This document shows positions 1-8,723 of a stretch of 64,000 bases of DNA, one piece after another (positions within the stretch are counted from its first letter, which is position 1; each line of letters opens with the position of its first letter). Origin of the DNA: a virus. A program made the position numbers and the translations under genes. Location: the IMG/VR virus record IMGVR_UViG_3300044858_003284; one strand, given 5' to 3'. The notes beneath the pieces were generated by a model. That model was not told the origin of the DNA and searched no databases. It saw only the letters and a program-made list of their open reading frames with translations.

Positions 1-1
1 T

Positions 2-1744
2 TCAGGAAGTTTTCAAATTCCCCTAGGTATAACTGAAGTTAACCTAACGGGATTTGGTGCGCAAGGTGTTCAAGGTGCAAGAGGAAATACAGGTCAACCT
101 GGTAATATTGGTAATCAAGGAAATAGTGGAAATCCTGGATCAAATGGTGTAGGAGGTCCAGGTGGTGTTGGCGGTAATGCAGGCGCATTAGGTGGAACAG
201 GAACTCCAGGTAATGCAGGAAATCCAGGTAACGCAGGCACAGGTGGCACGGGTGGAAATGGTGGTGCTGGTGGTGTCGGTGGAGCCAGAGGGACAACTTC
301 TACTACAAATATAGCAGTTAGTTGGTCTAATAATACAAACTTTACTGTTCAACCTGAATCTGACGGTGCATCTGAAATTTCTGGATACCTGGCAGGCGGC
401 TACGCATCCGGAAATGGTGGAGGTGGTGGAAAAGGTGCACGCCACGGATCAATGAGTGGAAATTATAGCACAACAGCGCAAGGAGCAGGTTCTGGATCAA
501 TTGTTTATGCAAAATCTCCTAATTCGAATGCACCTTCTCCTGCCACTTATATCAGAGTACCTGTGATGGGAGGTTATGGAGGAAGTGCAGGAAGTTCCGG
601 CGGCGGAGGTAATCCAGGTAATCCTGGATCACCAGGTAATCCTGGATCGGCTGGAACACCAGGAAGTGTATCAGTTTCCGGTGGATCAGGGGGTTTAGCA
701 CCTTCAACATGGCCAGGCAAAGACGGCACATCCGGTAATACGGGTAGTTCAGGAAATCCAGGTAATGCTGGTGCAAATGGAAATACAGGTAGCACGGGTG
801 CAGCAGGAAATTTAACTTATTTCGGATCAACAAATAATTATACATGGAATGGTGGAGCCGGTGGATTAGGTGGTGCAGGAAGTCCTGGAGGTTTAGCGGG
901 ACCTGGATCTCCAGGAGGTTTAGCTGGTTCAGCTGGTAATCCAGGAAATGCTGGTAATCCAGGAAATGCTGGTAATCCGGGAGCAAATGGAAATGGTGGC
1001 TCAGCTGGAAGTGCTGGGTTTGGAAATCCAGGCAACGCAGGAAATACAGGCGGCGGTGGCGGCGGTGGCGGCGGTGGTGCAGCTGCTGTATGGTGGATTC
1101 ATGGCGACTCTCAGATAGGATCTCCACAACTTCCGACTGGTCAAGGCACAGGAAATGGATTTACAAATTTCCCTAGTTCTGGAAACCCTGGTACAAACTA
1201 TATCTCTACACAGTTTAGTGGTGGTTGGAATACTGCAAGATTTCTTTCCGGAACAGGTAATGCTTCAACAGGAACTCCAGGTAATGCAAATAATCCTGGT
1301 TTTGGTACAGGAGGAACTTCAGGTACAACTAATTTTTCTTTCTCTCCTTATCTGTTAAATGAGTATAAAGGCATGACTATTGTAGGAAGTGCAGGTGGTG
1401 ACGGCAATCCTGGTTCAGTAGGAAATTCTGGCAATCCTGGCACATCATCTTCAGGAAGTTCTGGTGGTAATGGAAATGCTGGATCAGCAGGAAATCCAGG
1501 TAACTCAGGTTCTTCAGGAAATTCTGGAACTGGAGCAACTTCTGGTGGTGCATCGTCTTTACCAGTTTCTACTTGGCCAGGAATAGCAGCAAACCTTGGA
1601 ACATTAGGTGCTCCTGGTGAAGCAGGTGAAGTAAAGTCTTATAACTCCGTTACAGTAAATCGTAGAGGAATATATCCAATTTCTATAGGAACAGGAACAA
1701 ATTCAGGATCAATTACAGTATCCTGGAATAGAACAGTTAATTAA
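2..1744 (+). CDS. Gly-rich, collagen-like/polyglycine-II fibre or adhesin protein (5' partial)
   Basis: The frame of ORF 452..1744 stays open back to base 2 (SGSFQIPLGITEVNLTGFGAQG...), so the gene starts before the window. It has long G-X-Y runs (GNPGNAGNPG, GSAGTPG), a poly-Gly tract and a beta-rich C-terminus. Confidence 0.75.
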   Translation, partial: SGSFQIPLGITEVNLTGFGAQGVQGARGNTGQPGNIGNQGNSGNPGSNGVGGPGGVGGNAGALGGTGTPGNAGNPGNAGTGGTGGNGGAGGVGGARGTTSTTNIAVSWSNNTNFTVQPESDGASEISGYLAGGYASGNGGGGGKGARHGSMSGNYSTTAQGAGSGSIVYAKSPNSNAPSPATYIRVPVMGGYGGSAGSSGGGGNPGNPGSPGNPGSAGTPGSVSVSGGSGGLAPSTWPGKDGTSGNTGSSGNPGNAGANGNTGSTGAAGNLTYFGSTNNYTWNGGAGGLGGAGSPGGLAGPGSPGGLAGSAGNPGNAGNPGNAGNPGANGNGGSAGSAGFGNPGNAGNTGGGGGGGGGGAAAVWWIHGDSQIGSPQLPTGQGTGNGFTNFPSSGNPGTNYISTQFSGGWNTARFLSGTGNASTGTPGNANNPGFGTGGTSGTTNFSFSPYLLNEYKGMTIVGSAGGDGNPGSVGNSGNPGTSSSGSSGGNGNAGSAGNPGNSGSSGNSGTGATSGGASSLPVSTWPGIAANLGTLGAPGEAGEVKSYNSVTVNRRGIYPISIGTGTNSGSITVSWNRTVN

Positions 1745-1767
1745 TTATTTTTTGAAAGTGAATTATT

Positions 1768-2364
1768 ATGTTATACAATATTGCGCCAGCTCCAAATTTT
1801 GGACTAACTCAACATGAATTTGTTACTTGGAATGATGGTTTTAGTGAAGAAGAAATCTCCAAAATTATAGAAATTGGAGATGCTTTAGAAAAACTACCAT
1901 CAAAAATAGATGATGACCTTTTACCACCAAAAGATGTTCGTATTAGTGATATATCTTGGATCACTCCAAATCAAGATACTATATGGATATTTGATAAGTT
2001 GTCTTGGATATTAAGGCAATTAAATGGCCAGTTTTATAGATTTAATATTACTGGATTTCATGAACCTTTACAGTATACGACATATTATGGTAGAGAAGAA
2101 GAAGGGGGTCATTATACTTGGCATTGTGATCATGGAAAAGATGCACCAAGAAAACTGTCTGTGGTATTACAGTTAAGTGATTCAACTGAGTATGAAGGTG
2201 GTAATTTAGAAATATTATCGGATACAGGAAAAATATTGACTGTAGAAAAAAAGAAAGGATTTTTAGCAATGTTTCCTTCCTTTAGAACACACAGAGTAAC
2301 ACCAGTTACTTCTGGAATCAGAAAAAGTTTAGTGGTTTGGGCTACTGGTCCAGCGTTTGTATAA
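1768..2364 (+). CDS. 2OG-Fe(II) oxygenase (prolyl-4-hydroxylase/PKHD-like)
   Basis: HxD iron motif (WHCD), RKLSVVLQLS..EYEGG, distal His and Arg (FPSFRTHRVTPVTSGIRKSLVVW). Confidence 0.9.
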   Translation: MLYNIAPAPNFGLTQHEFVTWNDGFSEEEISKIIEIGDALEKLPSKIDDDLLPPKDVRISDISWITPNQDTIWIFDKLSWILRQLNGQFYRFNITGFHEPLQYTTYYGREEEGGHYTWHCDHGKDAPRKLSVVLQLSDSTEYEGGNLEILSDTGKILTVEKKKGFLAMFPSFRTHRVTPVTSGIRKSLVVWATGPAFV

Positions 2365-2372
2365 CCTAAATA
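2365..2372 (+). promoter_or_regulatory. Possible T4-type late promoter variant (CCTAAATA)
   Basis: TAAATA core in the intergenic gap before a structural gene. The same variant occurs at 55137. Confidence 0.4.
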
Positions 2373-2398
2373 TAATAGTTAACTATAAGTAAAATAAG

Positions 2399-2737
2399 AT
2401 GCCGGCAGCCTATTCTAACCTATACATCGAGCAAGGAACTTCTTTCACTACCACAATTACGGTAGATGATGTGTATGGAGATGTGTTTGATTTGACAAAC
2501 TATACCGCTCAAAGTCAAATTCGTAAGTCCCATTATTCGGCCAACACGACAGCAACATTTACAACCTCTGTTAATTCTGGTCAAGGATCAATTACTCTTA
2601 GTTTAACGTCAGCAGTAACGGCAAATATTGCTCCAGGTCGATATGTATACGACACAAAGATTATTGGAACAAATAACAACCAAGTTACTAGAATACTAGA
2701 AGGTATTGTAGACGTTTCCCCATCAGTTACGAGGTAA
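2399..2737 (+). CDS. Small virion structural protein (beta-sandwich, common in T4-like phage fibre regions)
   Basis: NLYIEQGTSF...DLTNYTAQSQIRKS...GRYVYD...TRILEGIVDVSPSVTR pattern; genomic context. Confidence 0.6.
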   Translation: MPAAYSNLYIEQGTSFTTTITVDDVYGDVFDLTNYTAQSQIRKSHYSANTTATFTTSVNSGQGSITLSLTSAVTANIAPGRYVYDTKIIGTNNNQVTRILEGIVDVSPSVTR

Positions 2738-2740
2738 AAA

Positions 2741-2968
2741 ATGTCAAATCAAACGATAGGAACAGTAAGAGTTCAAGTAGGTACATCAGTTAATCCGAGA
2801 GTTAGCACGATTAATTATGGTGGTTCAGGTACAATTAAAGGTGCTACTGATGTGGATGTTAGAGGTGCAGAAGATGGAGAAGTTCTGGTATATAGAGCTG
2901 CAACCGATTCTTTTGTGGTTGCACCAGTATCGGCCGCTGTGGCTGGACTAGACGCAGGAACATTCTAA
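2741..2968 (+). CDS. Small fibre-associated protein ending in LDAGTF
   Basis: GAGG SD upstream; TDVDV..AEDGEVLVY fibre repeat-like motif; C-terminal DxGxF. Confidence 0.55.
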   Translation: MSNQTIGTVRVQVGTSVNPRVSTINYGGSGTIKGATDVDVRGAEDGEVLVYRAATDSFVVAPVSAAVAGLDAGTF

Positions 2969-3205
2969 GTGTCCAATACATCAATACAAATACTTCGGTC
3001 GTATGCAAATACGAGACCAACAACTCTCAATGATGGCGAGTTGGCGTATTCTTTTATAGCCAACACACTCTATATTGGTGATAGGACTGGTCAAATTATT
3101 ACAATCGGTGGCCTCACGACCACCGAAAATGCAGCAAATACTGTAGTTCTAAGAGATTCAAATGGTAATATAAATGTTGCTACCGTAGACGGTGGAAATT
3201 TCTAA
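2969..3205 (+). CDS. Small fibre-associated protein (IQILRS..P..L.DGELAY motif, ends VDGGNF)
   Basis: GTG start with AGGA SD; N-terminus paralogous to the ORFs at 3245 and 5874. Confidence 0.6.
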   Translation: MSNTSIQILRSYANTRPTTLNDGELAYSFIANTLYIGDRTGQIITIGGLTTTENAANTVVLRDSNGNINVATVDGGNF

Positions 3206-3244
3206 ATAGTAATAGTGGTTAACGCCTAATAATAAGGATAAAAA

Positions 3245-5224
3245 ATGGCAAATACAAATATTTTAATTAAACGCTCGTCAAGCACAAGCAAACCAAGTTC
3301 TCTGGCGGCTGGTGAGTTAGGTTATTCGTATCTATCGAATACACTTTTCTTAGGTACTGCTGCCGGTAACGGTGTCATCAACGTTGGTGGCGTCTATTAT
3401 ACCCAAGCAATCGACAATGCAACTTCGGCTGCAACTCCAGATACCCTTGTTAAACGTGATGCTCAAGGTAATGCAACCTTCTCAAACATTACGGTAACAG
3501 GATTCATCTCTGGTACTATTGACGGTGTTGCCAATGCTGCTGTCCGTCTACAGACACCAAGAAGTTTCTCCATTTCTGGTGGCGACATCTCTGCTACCGG
3601 CGTTAACTTTGATGGTACAGGTGCAGTTACATTAAATGCATCACTTAATGCCATTCCAGGTCTAAGTGCTGGTTCATACGGTTCTTCTACTGCCATTCCA
3701 GTTGTTACTGTTGCTGCTAACGGCCGTGTTACAGCCATTTCAACAGAGTCGATTTCTACATCATTTACTTTAAGTGGTGATTCTGGTAGTACAACAATCT
3801 CTGGTGGTGATACACTTACTGTTGTTGGTGGTGCCGGCATTACAAGTACCGTTTCTGGTGACCAAGTAACTCTTGATGTTGATAACACAGTTGTTCGTTC
3901 TAACACAGCAATCACAAGTCAAACAATTGATGGTGATGTAACCATCTCTGGTAACTTAGTAGTTCAAGGTGTACAAACAACAGTTAATACCAACACATTA
4001 AATATTGCTGATCCATTAATTATTTTAGCCGCAAACAATACAACAGATGCACTTGATATTGGTTTCTCTGCTACGTATAATGATGGTACAACCAAGCATA
4101 CTGGTATCTTCCGTGATGCTGGTACAAAAGAATACTATGTATTTGATGAATATACTCCTGATTTGTTTGGTAACAACAGTATTGATGTTGCTCATGCAAG
4201 CTTCAGTACAGCGAACATTCATGCAGGTTATGTCAAGGGTAATTTAATTGCCTCAACAGCCGTATCTGATGGATTCTATGGTAATGCGGGCGCCGTATTG
4301 AATTTGTATCCAAATGAATCATATGCTGTGTCAAGCAACCAATATATCGTTGTTGATCCAACTGCACCAAATCATATTCATCTTCGTGCTGGTGGTACAA
4401 TTGATGCTTCTACTGCTGAATTGTATTTGGGTGGTGAACAAACTAATGTTAATGTAAGTGACACTGCAAAAGAAGTATACATTCGTGCAAACAATGCTCA
4501 TGTAACAACATTTGCTAACAATGGTACATTAATTGTTTCTAATAAAGTTATTGCTAATGGTTTGAATTTAAATGATTACACACAAGCCGCTTTCGATAAG
4601 GCAAATAATGCTGTAGTATCTTCAAGCAACTTCACATTTGGTCAAATGGTTGTTGCGGATGGTGATGATTCTCTAAAGAGTCTTGCCAATGCTTCTTATA
4701 CATTGACTGGATCTTTATCTGCTGCTAAAACAATCACATCACTTTCAGTTGACAATTATGGTCGTGTAACTGCTGCTACTGGTGAAGATATTGCAATTGG
4801 CACTTCACAGATTACTTCTGGTACATTAGGTGTTGCAAGAGGTGGTACAGGCCAAAGTTCGTTTACAAATGGTGCAATTGTAATTGGTAACGGCACCGGT
4901 GCTTTACAAGAACTTGCTAACTCGAACTATACAGCAACAGGTTCTGGTGCTGCTAACAACACAGTATCTTCGTTAAGTGTTGATGCTTATGGTCGTGTAA
5001 CAGCTGCAACGTTCTCTGCAATCTCTGGTCTAACAATTGGCCAAGGCGGTACAGGTCGTTCAACATTTACTACTAACGGTCTAGTATATGGTAACTCTAC
5101 TGACGGACTATTAGTAACTGCAGCTGCTGGTACTTCTGATCAAACATTTAGTAATCAACTTCTTACTGTTACTAATGCTGGTGTTCCGGTTTGGACAAGT
5201 GCTCTTGATGGAGGCACATTCTAA
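3245..5224 (+). CDS. Tail-fibre-like protein
   Basis: Thr/Ser/Gly-rich, with repeated xVDxYGRVTAA and GGTG fibre motifs; ends LDGGTF. Confidence 0.8.
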   Translation: MANTNILIKRSSSTSKPSSLAAGELGYSYLSNTLFLGTAAGNGVINVGGVYYTQAIDNATSAATPDTLVKRDAQGNATFSNITVTGFISGTIDGVANAAVRLQTPRSFSISGGDISATGVNFDGTGAVTLNASLNAIPGLSAGSYGSSTAIPVVTVAANGRVTAISTESISTSFTLSGDSGSTTISGGDTLTVVGGAGITSTVSGDQVTLDVDNTVVRSNTAITSQTIDGDVTISGNLVVQGVQTTVNTNTLNIADPLIILAANNTTDALDIGFSATYNDGTTKHTGIFRDAGTKEYYVFDEYTPDLFGNNSIDVAHASFSTANIHAGYVKGNLIASTAVSDGFYGNAGAVLNLYPNESYAVSSNQYIVVDPTAPNHIHLRAGGTIDASTAELYLGGEQTNVNVSDTAKEVYIRANNAHVTTFANNGTLIVSNKVIANGLNLNDYTQAAFDKANNAVVSSSNFTFGQMVVADGDDSLKSLANASYTLTGSLSAAKTITSLSVDNYGRVTAATGEDIAIGTSQITSGTLGVARGGTGQSSFTNGAIVIGNGTGALQELANSNYTATGSGAANNTVSSLSVDAYGRVTAATFSAISGLTIGQGGTGRSTFTTNGLVYGNSTDGLLVTAAAGTSDQTFSNQLLTVTNAGVPVWTSALDGGTF

Positions 5225-5262
5225 GTAATACTATATAATTTTTTTATAATAGGGAGTTTGAA

Positions 5263-5868
5263 ATGGGTAATGAAAAGTTTGTTAATTATTATATTGAGGG
5301 ATTGATTACTACATTAAATGATTGTTTGATAAGAAACATTTCATTACAAGCGAATGATAGAATCAGTAAAGAAACAATTGAGGAACACACTAAAAAGGTT
5401 GAAGGTTTAAATGGTACTATTGATGCTCTTAAAGTAGATTTAGAGTCTGCTAAAAAGCAACAAACTGATTCTGATAATCAACGTTATCAGAATTTAGAAA
5501 ACAGTATCAAAGACCATTTAAACACAATCAACACATTAAATCAGGAGATTTCTCAGTTAAGAACAATGAAAAGTGAATATGAAAATGTTAAACATCAAGT
5601 ACAGCATGTAGACACTTTCAGAACCGAGTTAAACAAAACACGGGAAGAATTAAATAATGTTCGTGTTGATAATGAAAAAATTATTGCTGATTTAACTAGT
5701 TCGTATGAATTAAAAATTAAAGAACTAAATGATAAGATTGACTATTTACAATTAACTCCTGCTAAAAGAAAAAAAGTTGAGGAAGTAAAAAAAGAAGTTA
5801 CTGAAACACCAACATTGGATGTTTTCAGTAATTCGGAAGATACACTCAAAGATGGCGGAAGTTTTTAA
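5263..5868 (+). CDS. Coiled-coil protein of unknown function (ends DGGSF)
   Basis: Charged heptad-rich sequence; GGGAG SD. Confidence 0.65.
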   Translation: MGNEKFVNYYIEGLITTLNDCLIRNISLQANDRISKETIEEHTKKVEGLNGTIDALKVDLESAKKQQTDSDNQRYQNLENSIKDHLNTINTLNQEISQLRTMKSEYENVKHQVQHVDTFRTELNKTREELNNVRVDNEKIIADLTSSYELKIKELNDKIDYLQLTPAKRKKVEEVKKEVTETPTLDVFSNSEDTLKDGGSF

Positions 5869-5873
5869 GGTAA

Positions 5874-6365
5874 ATGGCAAACACAACAGTACAGTTAAAG
5901 AAATCAGGTGTAACAGGTAACGTACCACCTTCACTATCGTATGGTGAGTTGGCGTTAAACTACGCTGATGGAAAACTGTTCTATAAAGCCTCAAATGGTT
6001 CAATCGCTAGTATTTCTACTAGCCCAGCAACCGATTCTTTCGCTACAATCAATGCTAATTCTTCTCTGATATTAGCAACTTCTCCGTATGATACACTATC
6101 AATTATTCCTGGTAATAACATTACCATATCTACGGATACATTTAATAAAAGAATTACTATTAACTCCACGGCAATTAGTGGCGGGGATTCAACCGATCAA
6201 TTTGCCAGAGATAAAGCCAACTCGGCCAATGTTTTGGCTCAAGCGGCTTTCGATAGAGCAAACACAGGAACAGGAACTTATACGATAACTGGTGGTCAAT
6301 ATATAGACCACGGTTGGATACCCCAAACACCGGGTCCAATATTATTCGATTACGGAACACTATAA
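5874..6365 (+). CDS. Fibre-associated structural protein
   Basis: VQLKKS..P.SL.YGELALNYADGKLFY N-terminal module plus the DKANSANVLAQAAFD coil module. Confidence 0.65.
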   Translation: MANTTVQLKKSGVTGNVPPSLSYGELALNYADGKLFYKASNGSIASISTSPATDSFATINANSSLILATSPYDTLSIIPGNNITISTDTFNKRITINSTAISGGDSTDQFARDKANSANVLAQAAFDRANTGTGTYTITGGQYIDHGWIPQTPGPILFDYGTL

Positions 6366-6368
6366 ATA
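6361..6368 (+). promoter_or_regulatory. T4 late (gp55) promoter TATAAATA
   Basis: Exact T4 late consensus ending 21 nt before the start at 6390. Confidence 0.65.
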
Positions 6369-6389
6369 TACATATAATTTGGAAAAAAT

Positions 6390-8369
6390 ATGGCAGCTAA
6401 CAATTCTACTATAGTTCAAATCCGTAGAGGTACTACGGCACAGACAGCATCTTTTACTGGTGCCTTGGCCGAACTCACGGTTGATACAGACCAAAAAACA
6501 GTTGTTGTTCATGATGGTGTAACACAAGGCGGTACAACACTCGCAACTAAAGCATTTGCTCAAGCGGCTTTTGATGCAGCCAATACAGCCACAGGTACAG
6601 TTGGTCAATTAGCATTTGATAAAGCCAACTCAGCCAATGTATTGGCACAGGCTGCTTTTGATGCAGCCAATACAGCCACAGGTACAGTTGGTCAATTAGC
6701 ATTTGATAAAGCCAACTCAGCCAATGTTTTAGCACAATCTGCATATAATTTTGCAAACACAATTGCTGCAGGTGCTATTGCTAATGTATCATTAACATAT
6801 TCTAATACTGCTTCTGGTACAATACCAGCGGTTAACAGTTTAAAACCAGGTGAACCATCTATCAATTTAAATGATGGTAGAATGTTTATTCAGTTAAACA
6901 ATGGTCAGATTATCGATATATCTTCTGCGCCAACAGGTAATACTTGGCATGTGGCCATGAATGGTAACGATAACTTTAAAGGTGATACACCAAGTGCCGC
7001 TAAGGCAACCATTCGTGCAGCTGTAGCTTTGGCACAACCTGGTGATTCTGTTGTAGTTCATTCAGGAACATACACAGAAATTACACCAATTATTATTCCA
7101 CAAAATGTTCAAGTACAAGGTTCTGGTGAAAGAACTTGTATTATTAAGCCAACAACAACTTCTAATAATGTTTTCTATGTAAACAATAACAGTTATGTAA
7201 CTGGTTTTAAATTCATAGAATATACTGGTGCCGCTGTTTCTTTCCCAACAACTACACTAGAAACAGGTACAGCACAAGCTGGCGGCACAAATACAATTAC
7301 TTTGAATTCTGGTGCATCGACTTACACCGATTATTATAAGAGCATGAAGGTCACTATTACTGGTGGAACAGGATCAGGCCAATCAGCCAATGTAACAGCA
7401 TACAATGGTACAACAAAAGTTGCCACAGTAGATGCAAATTGGTCGACACAACCAAATAACACTTCTGTATATTCTTTAGGCATACCACTTAGAACCACAC
7501 CAGCAGCTACCAGTTCAAGGTATACCACATATATTACCGGTAGTCCATACATCTATAATTGTTCTTCAATCACAACGACAGGAACAGGCATCAGGATCGA
7601 TGGAGATTTGGCGACAGGTAACAAGAGTATTATCTCTGCACAATTCACTCAGGTCAATTCTGGTGGTACAGGAATACACGTATTGAATGATGGTTACACT
7701 CAGTTGGTTTCCATTTATGGTATCTTCTGTGATACGGCATTCTTAGCCGAATCTGGTGGTACTGCTTCGATGGGTAACTGTAACGTAAACTTTGGTAACA
7801 AAGGTTTGGTTGCCAATGGTAAAGGTAAGTTGGCGATGACAGCTAATTTGTCAACCACTAGTGCTGAAGCAACCTTTACAATCGACCTAAATAATGTCGT
7901 AGCGAATAGTGCTTTGGGAATCACAGCAACTATTCCATACACCGGTTTGATTATGAAAATAGATGGAGATGCGGCTGAAAGTTATTATCCTGTTACTGAA
8001 GCAACAACATTAAGTGGTGGTAATACAACAGTAACATTCCAAAACTCAATTGCAAACTCATTCCCAAGTGGAACAGGTGTTAAATTTTATCAGCAAAGTC
8101 AATTGAGAGCATCAGGCCAAACTTTTGAATATGTTGGTGCTGGCACATCGATTAATGCTTTACCTAAGTTAGGTGGTATTGCTAACTCGGCTGCACAGAT
8201 AATTGGAATTGATGAAGGTGCTGTGTTTGCTACTTCAACAGACCAAAGTGGTAATTTTGTTGTATCTGATTTAACAATTAATCAGTCAACATCTACCATT
8301 TCAGGAAGAACTTTCTCGAAAAGTCTTTTTGCTGAAATGACTCCTTATATACTCGCTCTAGAAGGTTAA
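6390..8369 (+). CDS. Tail fibre/spike with Mtd-N-like N-terminus and a pectin-lyase-like beta-helix region
   Basis: VQIRRGTTAQTASFTGALAELTVDTDQKTVVVHDG resembles the N-terminus of Bordetella phage Mtd. WHVAMNGND..G......TIRAA...AQPGDSVVVHSGTYTE is a typical beta-helix cap. Confidence 0.75.
   Translation: MAANNSTIVQIRRGTTAQTASFTGALAELTVDTDQKTVVVHDGVTQGGTTLATKAFAQAAFDAANTATGTVGQLAFDKANSANVLAQAAFDAANTATGTVGQLAFDKANSANVLAQSAYNFANTIAAGAIANVSLTYSNTASGTIPAVNSLKPGEPSINLNDGRMFIQLNNGQIIDISSAPTGNTWHVAMNGNDNFKGDTPSAAKATIRAAVALAQPGDSVVVHSGTYTEITPIIIPQNVQVQGSGERTCIIKPTTTSNNVFYVNNNSYVTGFKFIEYTGAAVSFPTTTLETGTAQAGGTNTITLNSGASTYTDYYKSMKVTITGGTGSGQSANVTAYNGTTKVATVDANWSTQPNNTSVYSLGIPLRTTPAATSSRYTTYITGSPYIYNCSSITTTGTGIRIDGDLATGNKSIISAQFTQVNSGGTGIHVLNDGYTQLVSIYGIFCDTAFLAESGGTASMGNCNVNFGNKGLVANGKGKLAMTANLSTTSAEATFTIDLNNVVANSALGITATIPYTGLIMKIDGDAAESYYPVTEATTLSGGNTTVTFQNSIANSFPSGTGVKFYQQSQLRASGQTFEYVGAGTSINALPKLGGIANSAAQIIGIDEGAVFATSTDQSGNFVVSDLTINQSTSTISGRTFSKSLFAEMTPYILALEG
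6567..6727 (+). repeat. Tandem duplication, 87-bp period (74 bp identical), encoding AQAAFDAANTATGTVGQLAFDKANSANVL twice
   Basis: 6567-6640 is identical to 6654-6727. Confidence 0.9.
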
Positions 8370-8373
8370 TAAA

Positions 8374-8715
8374 ATGGCAACACAAATTCCATTAAATACA
8401 TTTAAAACAACAACGGCTAACGTTACTACATCAACGACTACAGTATATACTACACCTGCTGGTGTAACAACTGTTGTATTGTTGACACAGGTTTCAAATA
8501 TTGATCCTACTAATTCTGTAACTGTTTCGGCCAATCATGTTCGTAGTGGTAATTCAGTATCACTTATTAAAAATACAACCATACCTGTTAGTGATGCTGC
8601 AAGTCTGTTAACTGGTAAATTAATATTACAAACTGGTGATTCATTCTCAATTAGTGCAAGCGCAAATGACAGAGCACAATTGGTATTATCTTATCTCGAA
8701 ACTGCTAACGCTTAA
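8374..8715 (+). CDS. Small beta-rich structural/adaptor protein (paralog family 8374/12638/34082)
   Basis: TTVYTTPAG.TTVV....VSN...IP..D.......L.L..GD.....A pattern. Confidence 0.6.
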   Translation: MATQIPLNTFKTTTANVTTSTTTVYTTPAGVTTVVLLTQVSNIDPTNSVTVSANHVRSGNSVSLIKNTTIPVSDAASLLTGKLILQTGDSFSISASANDRAQLVLSYLETANA

Positions 8716-8723
8716 TATAAAAC

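Noticed and set aside
2399-5224. Four successive ORFs in the same frame as one fragmented or recoded gene
   Set aside because: The later ORFs each have their own SD, three of the four end in the DxGxF motif, and several TAA stops lie between 3205 and 3245. Core genes translate at full length with the standard code, so there is no sign of stop-codon reassignment.
5205-5250. Sigma70 promoter before the coiled-coil gene
   Set aside because: TATAAT copies are present, but no well-spaced -35 accompanies them and the context is very AT-rich. The signal is too weak to call.
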